Assembly: GCF_018350175.1 (NCBI RefSeq)
Contig: NC_058374.1
Coordinates: 82,708,001 to 82,772,000 of the forward strand
Reading direction: 5' to 3'
Source: Felis catus
Lineage: Eukaryota
DNA length: 64,000 nt
A program made the position numbers and the translations under genes. The notes under the pieces were generated by a model. It saw only the letters and a program-made list of their open reading frames with translations. It was not told the origin of the DNA and did not search any database. Below, piece after piece: positions 1 through 11,175 of this stretch. The first letter of the stretch is position 1, and each line of letters opens with the position of its first letter.

Positions 1-351
1 GGATTGTAAGCTACCTGACAACAGGGACAATGTCTATTTCTTTTTGGCCCTCCTAGCACTCCACAGCCTTTAATACAGGGCTCTGTACATGTGGGTACCC
101 ACCTAAGTCTCAATTAACTGAATACTTGGGTAAGCTTTCCCTTCCATCCACCCAATAGAATAGGAGATCCTATAGTGGGGCTGGAAGTTATCCTATTCTC
201 CTTGGTCCCTATCCTTCATCCCAACATCTGAAAAGCAGTGGCCCCAGCCCAGCCCTTTTATTACCCGCCCTTCTGCCATCCCTTGCACTTCCTTTCAGGG
301 CTAGGTGCCAGGATGTGGAGCANNNNNNNNNNNNNNNNNNNNNNNNNNNNN

Positions 352-3300
352 NNNNNNNNNNNNNNNNNNNNNNNNNNNNNNNNNNNNNNNNNNNNNNNNN
401 NNNNNNNNNNNNNNNNNNNNNNNNNNNNNNNNNNNNNNNNNNNNNNNNNNNNNNTCTGTTGGAGGGAAGGAGAACCAGGGATGATGGTTAGGGCAGACAA
501 CAGATGAAAGACAGAAGATAGTCTGAGAATGAGGGCAACTGAGAGATCTGAGGAAAAACCAGACCTATACACTTCAGGAAGACAGGGATATGACTATCTC
601 ATTCACAGCTGTATCCGTAGTGCTTAGCCGAGTACCTTCTTAGAGAAGGCATTTGATGAATGTTAGGTGAATGAATGACATTGATGGGATGAAAGAAAGG
701 GAGACGAGCTCCAATCTGATTCCCTACCAAGCCAGAGGCAGAGTATCCACTCACCCAGGCACACAAGCACAGGCACCGAGCTGCATGCTCACACTGGTGC
801 TTCTCACCCATGGCTCTCTGCACATATACACAGACACACGCATGCAGTTATACATAGTCACACATCTGTTATATACACATGTCTGCATATTAAGGACAGG
901 TTCTCCCCTATGTTCTCTGGGCCTTACCTGCTCCGCCAGCTGGTGTTTGNNNNNNNNNNNNNNNNNNNNNNNNNNNNNNNNNNNNNNNNNNNNNNNNNNN
1001 NNNNNNNNNNNNNNNNNNNNNNNNNNNNNNNNNNNNNNNNNNNNNNNNNNNNNNNNNNNNNNNNNNNNNNNNNNNNNNNNNAACAAACAGAACAGAAACG
1101 CTCAATGGGACATGTGGGCAAAGGCACAAAACTGCTGAGTGGGCTTTCTTCTACCCCAGATTTCTAACATTCAGGCCTCCCCTCTTATTTATTCCCTTCA
1201 CTTCCTTCTCCACAGCTCCCCCCACATCCTTTTGCTATCTACTTTCTCTGGGCCTCTTTCCCTTTCTAAGACAGTGTTTTATCTACCACATGGCTCTCCT
1301 TTCCTTCTCACTCATTCCTTCTGAGAAGCCCTAGATTCACAGCCCTGGCTATCAGCATGTAATCAACTATTTCACACCCCAAAGAAAGAAAGGAACAGGG
1401 CAAGAGGAAATATGAGAAGGCTAGAAATTAGAGCAGTCAATCTGACAAAGAGAAAGTAGTACTGGGCTGAAAAGGAAGAATAAAGGAAATCAATCCTTAG
1501 TGTTAGCACACAGATTGGGAACTGCTGCCTCGTTTCTTTTATTAAAGCAAGAGCAAAAAGATCTTAGTTGAAAAAGCAGCACGAAGTGAGATCTTGGGGT
1601 AGAGAGCCAGGGAGGCCAAGGACACTCCTTGTGTACGTGCACAGGAAACTGCCTTAGCTGGGGAGCAAGGGATCTGGGAAAAAGGGGTGGGGGGAGAGGG
1701 GGAGTTATAAATGGGAAGGTCCTTATCTGTATGGGGCAGGGGAAGGGAAGTAATCTCACCCGCAGCCCTGTTCACAGGTCACAGGCCGTTTGGGGTTGTG
1801 CTCACAGTCGCTGAGGTGAGACATGAGGTTGTCAAGCCGGACAACAGCACTACAGCCAAATACAGCGTTGTCGCAGGCAATCTGCAGCTTTGACAACATG
1901 TTCCGCATGATCCGAGGTACTGGGCGCAGGTGGGCGACCGTCACAACGCTACGGTCCACCGGACATGTCTGCTGCTGAGAAAACCACTGGGTGATGCAGG
2001 CATTGCAGAAAGCATGCTCACAATGAGGTGCCTAGAAGGGAGAGCAGGGCAAAAGGGGCACAAGAGAATTAGCAGGAGCTAAGAGCCTGAATATGATAAC
2101 TCCGCAAAGCTACTCAAGCCTCTGAGCAGCTTCCAGGGCCAGAGGTCCCTGGGGGTCACAGGGAAGGACAGATGCACTATGGGCAAGACATTGTGTAGGG
2201 ACAGGCTTCAGATAGGTTTCCTGTGCTCAAGATTCCAAACGAATTGTGACATAAGACAAACAAGTAAAAAGTTATGTAACAATAAGAGGTATAAATAATA
2301 TTCCAGGACAATAGGAGAGATGACACAAGGCAGTCGATTATTAATTGCCAACTGGATTACATACACAATAACTGCCAAAGAAATCCAAAGGAGGGTGAGA
2401 TCTTTCTAGGCTAGGTCAATCAGGGCACGTATTTATTATGGAGGACATAATTTGACATGGGTCTTGAAGGATGAGTAGAGAGGACACAGGGAAGAGATTT
2501 ACTGGCAAAAATGCAATATAAGAAAGCAAAACAAAACAAGCACCTTGAACTCCTGGTGAGAAGTTAAGAGTCCTCTCTGTGTGGGCCCAGGTTCCTATTT
2601 TATGAGGGCTGACCTGAGGCATTGCCTTGAATCCCAATGGTGAGGCCTATCCTCCCAAACAGAGCCATTTTCTCATAGAGTCACATTCTTTTCAATTTCA
2701 TAAAGATCGTATTTCAGCTTACTTCTTTGATAAATCAGATAACCTCTAAAGTTTAATCCCTCAAAGTGAGAGGATTCCCTGGCCTCTGGCATGGGACAAA
2801 CACAGTAGGCATTTAGTAGTTGTTGATGAATGAATGGTGTGCTATTTCCCAAACACTCTGCTAGGTGCTTACAATACAAGACAGGTTCTGCCTCCAAGGT
2901 GCACACAGGCACCAAAGACCAAAACAAAGAAAGGCTTCGTAACGGAAGGAGTCATTCACAATGTCACTAATGCAACTGTCAATAGATTTTTATTTTTCAA
3001 AGATATATTTGATTCTTTCCAAAATCTTTACAGATCCTATCTCCAAAAAACAATCCTAAATTTGTCCACTTTTCCCCATCTGTCCTGCCACTAACCCAGT
3101 TCAAACTATCATCTCTCACCTATATTATTAAATATGTCTTCTAACTGGTCTCCCTACTTCTACCTCACCCCTTTATAATTCATTCTACATTCGTCAGCCA
3201 CAGTGATCACTTAAAAATGCAAACTAGATCATATCACTCCTGCTTAAAAGTTTACAATGGCTTCCCTTTGTACTTAAAATAAGTCCAAACTCCTACTCAG

Positions 3301-5566
3301 GACCTATACAATTCTGCTTGATCTGGCTCTGTGCCTCTGACCTCTCTTCACCACACACCATGCTCCCAGTGCTGTGTTCAGGCCAGTCTGACCTCCTTTC
3401 TGTTTTTGTCTATACCCAGCTCACTCCTGCCTCAGCATCTCCGGTTTTGCAGCTTCTCTTTGCCCGAAATGCTCTTCCTCTAAATCCTATCATGAACATC
3501 CCCTTATCATTCAGATTTCAGCCCGAAAGGTCACCTCTTTCGTGACCATTCTATCCAATCCTGCCACCCCTGCAGAAATATACAGAATGTGCTATGCTCC
3601 ACGTAAGAAAGTCGGGCAAATGAACTAATAATAAAAAGAGTTAACTATGGGGAGATTATATGGGCTGGGACAAGGATGGAGTAAGAGTTCTCACGGTATA
3701 CCTCTTTCTACTCTTTTGGTTTCTGAACCATATGAACTTATCACCTATTCAAAAATTAAATAAATATGATGTAGGGATATCAGCATTCCTAGCCGATGCC
3801 TTCTACCCTTGGATATGTGTCTGGTAACCTGGCATCCTGAGGTCTTCCTGGCCTACTCCCAAAAGGTGGAGGTGGGGGGGGGGCATCTCCTGACTTACAG
3901 TTATGAACCAACACTGACTTCTCCACACGTGACTCACCTCAAATGATAGTGCCAGAAAACAGACAAGGCCCTGCCAGGGGAAGGGAAGGAACTGACACAC
4001 CCCATGACCTCTCGACACCACCAATAGCTTGCTCCACACCCAGCCAATAGTTCTACTGGCAGTAGGCTGCAAAGGCCCAGACAGGGTATAGGTCCAGGGC
4101 TAGCTGCCATTGGAATGCAGTTGGATTTTCAGTCAGCTCAGGCACCTTTCAGTCAGCTCAGTGCTCCTTTGACCGGTTGAACACTGAAATAAGAATATAC
4201 TCAAAGGATCAAGAGGAGCCCCCACGAGCTGTATAAGCAATGAGTTGGGGAAGGGCCGTGAGACCTCACTGACTCGTGTCCTGGTTTGGAAAATGGGATT
4301 ATGTCGAGCCAGCCAGGACTGCCAGAGGATTCATTGGTATTTACAGAGGGCAGGCAATAAGAACCATGCAGGATGATGTCCCATGAATGCTACTGTTAAG
4401 CCTTCATCTCACTTATTATACTTGCCTGTTAATCATGAGTTTCTCCGCATTAATTTTTAACAATTAAAAAATAAAAAAATTGTCTTTTCCATGGGGCACC
4501 TGCATGGCTCAGTCAGTTAAGTGTCTGACTTCAGCTCAGGTCATGATCTCAGGGTTCGTGAGTTCCAGTCCTGCATCAGGATCTGTGCTGATAGCTCGGT
4601 GCCTGGAGTCTGCTTGGGATTCTGTGTCTCCTCTCTACTCTCTCCCTGCTCACACTTTGTGTGTGTGTCTCTCTCTCTCAAAAACGAATAAACATTAAAA
4701 AAAAAAAAATTAAGGGGCACCTGGGTGGCTCAGTCCGTTAAGTGACTGACTGCGGCTCAGGTCATGATCTCGCAGTTTGTGAGTTTGAGCACCGCGTCGA
4801 ACTCTGTGCTGACAGCTGGGAGCCTGAAGTCTCCCTTTATCTCTGCCCCTTCCCCGCTTGCACTTTCTCTCTCTCTCAAAAATAAATAAACATTTAAAAA
4901 ATTTTTTTAAAGTTGTTTTTTAATTGGTTTTTCCAGCAAGTCCCAAGAAGGAAATAGGACAGTACATACAGTTCCCTACTCCCTCTTTGTTAGAGAGTAG
5001 GGCAGGATGAAAAGGCTTGCAGGCAGACTCGCTGATTAACTGAAACACTACATCATCAAAATACAGAGAAAACTTAGGAGAGTCCAGAAGTTCAAACATG
5101 GTAGGAACACGGAACCTAGTCAGAGCCCCTACAAAGGGAAGTTCCTGAGCTACTGTCAGAAGACAGAAAACAGGTGACCATTTTATAGCAGAATAAATCT
5201 CAGAGTGACCTCAGAAGAAAATCTGAAGCGCTGGACTTCTGTGGCATCCACCTCTAGACAGACTCTGAAAGGCCCTATTCCTTTTGTAGCTGCCACTGCT
5301 CCTCTGCACCAAACCTCTATTCTGTATGTGTGTGTTGCCAAGGGGGTGGGGGAAGGGGAATTGGGGGAGGGAGGCCAGAACACAGTGACTTCCCACTGGT
5401 CCCATTACTTATGAACATTTTTATTAGCTCTACTATCATCTAGTGCCCCACCAAACCTGCCACCAGACCGACTCACCTGGACTGGCTCCTCCAAGACACC
5501 ACTGCAAATAGGACAGATAAGGTCTTCGTCAACATCCCCCTGGAAACGGGTTACATCATACCCCAT
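352..5566 (-). CDS. RNF41: E3 ubiquitin-protein ligase NRDP1 (RING finger protein 41), partial; last coding exon lies left of the window
   Basis: Coding exons: 5566-5477 (MGYDVTRFQGDVDEDLICPICSGVLEEPVQ); 2031-1760 (APHCEHAFCNACITQWFSQQQTCPVDRSVV...EQGCG, completes the RING); an exon ending at 928 (...KHQLAEQ|GTAAG, 5' part masked); an exon starting at 455 (CAG|A, body masked, ~352 inferred from orthologue length). Visible splice sites are GT-AG and the peptide matches human NRDP1 as recalled. Confidence 0.96.
3000..3560. mobile_element. L2 LINE fragment (ancient)
   Basis: L2-like phrases (CTAACTGGTCTCCCTACTTCTAC, AAAATGCAAACTAGATCATATCACTCCTGCTTAAAA) recognised by eye. Confidence 0.55.
4493..4910 (+). 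mobile_element. Two tandem CanSINE (SINEC) copies
   Basis: GGGGCACCTG...GGCTCAGTC tRNA-derived heads, (CT)n tracts and A-rich tails at 4493 and 4714. Confidence 0.9.
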
Positions 5567-5589
5567 GTCTCATCACTGAAACCCAGGTC
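5567..5589 (-). other. RNF41: RNF41 5'UTR part of the ATG-containing exon (exon 5589-5477)
   Basis: Acceptor TTCTAG|GACCTGGG at 5590/5589, 23 nt before the ATG at 5566. Confidence 0.85.
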
Positions 5590-5807
5590 CTAGAAGGAGC
5601 AAGAGGAAAAAGAGGCCAGTTCAGAAGGAGCCTACAAATAATGTGCCAACCTGGAACTCATGGCCAAGATCCATTCATTTGTCCAACAATTATTCATTGA
5701 AAGCCTACTATGTGCCAGTCATTTGGGAGAAAGAAATCTGACTCAAGAAACCTAATTCTAATGGTAGAAGATATTATATAACCATACACTTAAAATATGA
5801 AGTGACA

Positions 5808-6490
5808 GGGGTGCCTGGGTGGCTCAGTCAATTAAGTGTCCAACTCTTGGTTTCGGCTCAGGTCATGGTATCACGGTCTGTGAGTTTGAGCCCCATGCTG
5901 AGCTCTGTGCTGACAGTGTGGAGCCTGCTTAGGATTCTCTCTTTCCCTCTCTCAAAATAAACAAACTTTAAAAATTAAAAAAAAAAAAAAAAAGTGATAA
6001 ATGTTTGACAGGGCATTATGAGGGCAAGAGATGTGGATACCTAACCCAGACTAAAAGGAGAGGGTAGTTTTGAGTTTTACAGGAGTAGGTGTCACCAACA
6101 GGACAAACAAGAGTAGCTAGGTATTGGGGATGGGGGCAGGGTGGGGCATTAGCATTAGGGCTTTAGGCACATGAAACAGCACATTCAAAAGCCCAGAAGA
6201 GGGCATATGATTGGTTCAGGGAACTCTACATGGTTCAGAAAAAGGTTGACCTGAAGGATCCAAAGGAGGGAGTGACTAGATACAAGGCTAGAGTGGCAAG
6301 CAAGGGCCTTGCCATGAGAAGTCTTATGTAAGGAGTTTGGGCTTCATGAGTTTCAAGCGCCACATCAGGCTTGCTGCTGTCAGCATGGAACCTGCTTCAG
6401 ATCCTCTGTCCCCCTCTCTTTTTGCCCCTCCTCTGCTCATTCTCTCCCTCACTCTCTCTCAAAAAAAAAAAACAAAAAAAAAAACTTTAA
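5808..6490 (+). mobile_element. CanSINE (5808-5993) and 5'-truncated CanSINE (~6340-6490) within older repeat sequence
   Basis: Diagnostic SINE head/body and poly(A) tails. Confidence 0.8.
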
Positions 6491-6723
6491 AAAGTTTAGC
6501 CAAAAACTTTACTGTAAAACAATCTACACAGTATTCAAATAACAAACACTTACTGAGTGCCATCTATATACCAATAAGCCTAATGAAACCTAGTCCCCCT
6601 GAGATAAGTGATGTGGAAGAGAAAAGCACAAGGTACTAGAGGAACACAGAAGAGGGAATTCTAAACCAGACTTGGGATGGTCAGAAAGACTTCTGAGAAA
6701 TGGCTCTCAAAGTACGTTTAGAA

Positions 6724-6933
6724 CAAGTGCTCTCAATCACAGCACTGTAGTCATCTGAGCTAGAAAGTTCCTTGTTGTAGCGGTCTGGCCTGCACTGAAG
6801 AGTGTTTAGCAGCATCCCTGGCCTCTACCCACCAAAAGTTAGTAGTAGTCCTCCAGTTGTGACACCGAGCATGTCTTTACACTTTGACATATATCCTCTG
6901 GGGGACAAAATCACCCCTGGTTCAGAACCACTG
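6724..6933. mobile_element. MER20-like hAT/Charlie DNA transposon relic
   Basis: Termini CAAGTGCTCTCAA ... TCAGAACCACTG and internal TTTAGCAGCATCCCTGGCCTCTACCCAC motif. Confidence 0.7.
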
Positions 6934-6979
6934 GTTTAAAGAATGATGAGTTAGCATTGTGGAGCAGGGGATGGGACTT

Positions 6980-7099
6980 TTTTTTTTTTTTTTTTTTAAC
7001 TTACATACAAATTAGTTAGCATATAGTGCAACAATGATTTCAGGAGTAGATTCCTTAGTGTCCCTTACCCATTTAGCCCATCCCTCTCCCACAACCCTG
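6980..7099 (-). mobile_element. Severely 5'-truncated carnivore L1 3' end with target-site duplication
   Basis: Poly(T) followed by L1 3'UTR-like sequence related to 18950-19080; flanking direct repeat TGGGACTT at 6972 and 7100. Confidence 0.7.
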
Positions 7100-7952
7100 T
7101 GGGACTTCTAAGGTACATAAAATAGCATGGAGAAGCAAGAAGTCAGCTGAGAGTTTAGGCAGAGATGGGCTGGAAGATGAGTAGAGAGAGGTGGGCAGCA
7201 GCCAGCACTGAAGGCCCTGGGACACTACACTATACTTGAAATTAACCTGAAAGCTATGGAAGTACCTGAAGGATTTCTTTTGTTGACATACATTTATATA
7301 TTTTTATTCTGACAACTTCAGACTTCCAGAAAAGTTGCACAAATAGTAAAAAGATCCCATTTACCCTTCATCTAGATTCCCTGAATGTTAACACCCTACC
7401 ATATTTTTTATAATCTCTCTATATAAATGTGAATAGATAAAAATTTTCTGAGCTACTGGAGAATAAATTATAAACTTGTTGCCTTTACCCCTAAATAACT
7501 TTACTGTGTATTTCCTAAAAATAAGAACATTCTCTCACATAATGATAGTAAAATTATAGAAATCAGGATATTAACATTGACATAATACTATTATTTACTA
7601 ACCCCTTTCCAATTTTGCCACTTGTCCCAATAATCTCCTTTAGCAAAACAATATTCAAGACTGTGTTTCACTGAATTGTGAAGCTTCTTTAAACTCTCTT
7701 AATCTGAAAAAGTTACTAACACTTTTGGGTCTTTCATTACCTTGGTATTTTAAGAATACAGGTCAGTTAAATGAGAAGGTCTCTCAGTGTGGGTTTGTCT
7801 GATGTTTCCTCATGATTAAATTCAGGTTTCATTTTGGACAAAAATGCCATGGAAGTAATACTGTGTTCTTAATACATCACATTAGAAGCATATGTTGATT
7901 TGTATCATTCCAGGTGACACTAACGCTAATCCTTTAAGAAACTGACATGATC

Positions 7953-9665
7953 AGGGATTCCTGGGTGGCTCAGTCAATTAAGTGTCTGACTCTTTGTTTT
8001 GGCTCATATCATGATCTCATGGTTCCTGGGTTTGAGCCCTCTATTGGGCTCTGTGCTGACAGTGCAGAGGCTGCTTCAGATTCTCCTCTCTCTCTCCCTC
8101 TGTCCTTCCCCCACTTGTGCTGTATCTCTCCCTCTCAAAATCAATAAATAAACTTAAAAAAAAAAAAAGAAATTGACATGATCGGTTTTCTGTTTGTCAG
8201 ATAGTTCTGGCAGTAGTGTAGAAAAAGTAGGCGGTAGGGAAGATAAGAGTAAGAGAAAGACCTTTTTAGGAGATTACTGTAAAAATTCAGAAAAATATAA
8301 AGGCTCAACTGGGTGGCTCAGTTGGTTAAGCATTTGACTTAGGCTCAGGTCATGATCCCACAGCTTGTGGGTTCAAGTTCCATGTCGGGCTCAGAGCTGA
8401 CAGCTGGGAGCTTGGAGCCCACTTCGGATTCTCTGTCTCACTCTCTCTCTGACCCTTCCCCACTTGTGCTCTCCCTCTCTCTCAAAAATAGGTAAGTAAA
8501 CATTAAAAAAAATAGTATAAAGGCTCAAATAAAGGCAATTAAGAGAAAGAATCTATATTCTTTCTTCTTTTAAAAGAAGAATGTATATGACTCCTTTGTT
8601 TCTGCCTTGGATAGTTAATGGTGAATTCTTACTTACCAAAATAAGAATTTAAATAAAAAGATCAGAATTAGGGAATAAAAACAATGATCCTAGTATTGGA
8701 CATGTAGAGTTGAGATTCCAAGTAGAAATCCTGAAGATGGTAGCTGACACCAGGGGTTTTGAGAGGCCACACAGGGAAAGTACACAGAATAAAAACAGAA
8801 TATGAGGAAGGGTCTGAAGAATATAGAACCCTGGGGGGCACTGATTCTTTGCTTTATTTCTTACCTTCCTTTTTTCACAAGTAATACATGACTACACTCT
8901 CCATTTATTTATTTATTTATTTATTTATTTACTTATTTATTTATTAAAAAAATTTTTTTTTGTTTTAATGTTTACTTTTTGAGATAGAGAGAGAAACAGA
9001 GCACAAGCAGGGGAGGGGCAGAAAGAAAGAGACACAGAATCTAAAACAGGCTCAGCACAAAGCCCGACACGGGGCTTGAATTCACAAACCGTAAGACCAT
9101 GACCTGAGCCAAAGTCAGACGCTCAACTAACTGAGCCAACCAGGAGCCCCAGTTTTTTTAATATTTAAAAAAAACTTTTGTTTATTTTTGAGAGAGACAC
9201 AGAGTGCCAAGTGGGGGAGGGGTAGAGAGAGAGGGAGACACAGAATCTGGAGCAGGCTCCAGGCTCTGAGCTGTCAGCACAGAGCCCAATGTGGGACTTG
9301 AACTCATGAACTGCAAACTCATGACCTGAGCTGAAGTCGGACGATCAACCGACTGAGCCACTGAGGCGCCCCTATTTTTTTTTTTTTTAATGTTTATTTT
9401 ATTTTTGAGAGAGAGAGAGTGTAAGCAAGGGAGGGGCAGAGAGAGAGGGAGGGAGGAAGACACAGAATCCAAAATAGGCTCCAGGCTCCAAGCTGTCAGG
9501 ACAGAGCCTGATGTGGGTCTCGAACTCATGAACCAGATCATATCCCGAGCCAAAGTCAGCTGACAGCTCAGAGCCTGGAGACTGCTTCCGTTCTGTGTCT
9601 CCCTCTCTCTCTCTGCTCTTCCCCTACTTGCATTCTATCTCTCTCTAAATAAACATTAAAAAAAA
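7953..9665. mobile_element. CanSINE cluster (+7953, +8308, -8960, -9165, -9376, truncated +9558) with a (TTTA)n tract at ~8904-8945
   Basis: Repeated SINE heads and tails on both strands. Confidence 0.85.
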
Positions 9666-10109
9666 ATTTTTTTTTAATTCCAATCTACTAGTCCAAACAT
9701 TGGTTACAATGTATTTTGCCATCCCCCTCAGGACTTACATTTGTCTGGTTGCCATTTTTTACCCCTGAAACAAATCATGTTGCAATTAACACTTTGGTAA
9801 CATGATTTTTTTTGAGCACAAGATCAAACCTCTCTCCTAAAACAGATTCCTAGAGGAAAAACTGCTGGGTTGAATGACATGACTATGATTTATTTTCCTA
9901 GATAATATACTCCCTATCATCTGGAAAGGCCTTTTCAGTTTATACTACCACCAATAGTGCATGAGAATACTTTAATAATGACATTTAAAAGGAAAGGGAA
10001 AAAAAAGAAGCCTACAAAAAAAAAAATTTTTTTAAAGTCTGAGACTGACCAGAGATAAGAGAAAATTCTGGCAAGAAGAGGCTCATAAAAGTCAAGGGAG
10101 TTGGAGGAA

Positions 10110-10280
10110 GGGGAATTTTGTTTAATGTGTACAGAGTTTCAGTTTTGCAAGATAAAAAAAAGTTCTGGAGATGTTTCATAACAATGTGAGCATACTTAAC
10201 ATTCCTGAACCGTATACTCAAAAACAGTTAAGATGGCAAATTTTACGTTATGTGTTTTTTACCACAATAAAAAAAAAGTC
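10110..10280 (+). mobile_element. Old L1M (L1MB-like) 3' end
   Basis: ACAGAGTTTCAGTTTTGCAAGAT...GTTCTGGAGATG...TTTTACCACAATAAAAAAAAA. Confidence 0.65.
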
Positions 10281-10385
10281 AAGGAAGTGAAGTGCTTAGA
10301 GGAGGAAAGGAAGTGTCAAAAGCTGCAGTCAAGACTGATAACAATAAAAAAATCAGTATTTTCTCCTAAAGCTGTTCCCCAGGAC

Positions 10386-11175
10386 ATGGTGGCTCCTGTT
10401 ACTCTGGAGGCACCCTTTGAACTATCACAGCCCCTAGTGACCGAGGGCTTTAGCCCCAGTGTCTGCAGCACTTTGGAAAGCTTCAGGGAAAAGTTCCTTT
10501 GCAAGACCCTCAAGAACCCAGTGATAACTGTAGGCTGGCTGTGCACGTCCGGCCGCCCTAACCTACAGCCTCTACTGCTTCCATCGGGGTTAGAGCCACC
10601 GTCCTCAGCTCATTATGTGCACCCAGACTGCTATGCAGGGCTTCATGGTTGTAGCCATCTTTGCTTGGTCTGGCTGCATCCGCTACGAAGTCCTGATCCT
10701 GAGCTCAAGACCTGGCCTTGATCTCCACAGAGATCAGGGCACCTGTGTGGCTCAGTCAGTTAAGCGTCCAACTTCGGCTCACGTCATGATCTTGCGGTTC
10801 CCAAGGTGTGAGCCCCACGCTGGGCTCTGCGTGGACAGCTCAGAGCCTGGAGCCTGCTACAGATTCTGTATCTCCCCCTCTCTCTGCCTGTCCTTTACTC
10901 ATGCTCTGTCTCTCTCTCAAAAATAAATTTAAAAAATTAAAAAAAAAAAAAAATTCCACAGAGATCATTCCCAGCTCCATCCCAGCCCCAGGAAGCAACC
11001 ACTGATCCTGTCACCTGACTTATTCCCTCATCTCCCCTGATAAGCCCCTGTGTCAACAGGGGAGAAGTGGCCAACTGTGTAACCTAAAGATGTTTTTTTA
11101 GGAATCTCAGATTTGGTTCAGTTTGGGTGTTACATACTTCTATTTGTGCCCCACTTTCTCCACTTCCTACTTAAT
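10386..11175 (+). pseudogene. HIGD2A: HIGD2A processed pseudogene (retrocopy) in an RNF41 intron, antisense to the host
   Basis: Intronless MVAPVTLEAPFELSQPLVTEGFSPSVCSTLESFREKFLCKTLKNPVITVGWLCT / AALTYSLYCFHRG*SHRPQLIMCTQTAMQGFMVVAI / LGLAASATKS*S* (10386-10702) with two frameshifts and a TAG at 10591. HIGD2A-like 3'UTR continues to 11175, split by a SINE. Confidence 0.88.
10737..10953 (+). mobile_element. CanSINE inserted into the HIGD2A retrocopy 3'UTR
   Basis: TSD TCCACAGAGATCA at 10724-10736 and 10955-10967. Confidence 0.9.

Noticed and set aside
352-1063. Apparent loss or pseudogenisation of RNF41 exons
   Set aside because: The missing coding sequence coincides with N blocks, and the visible splice sites and frames are intact.
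4127-4161. Short direct repeat TTTCAGTCAGCTCAG x2 (similar two-copy repeats at 23099-23132 and 36307-36341)
   Set aside because: Ordinary slippage duplications away from splice signals; only two copies, not a CRISPR-like or functional array.
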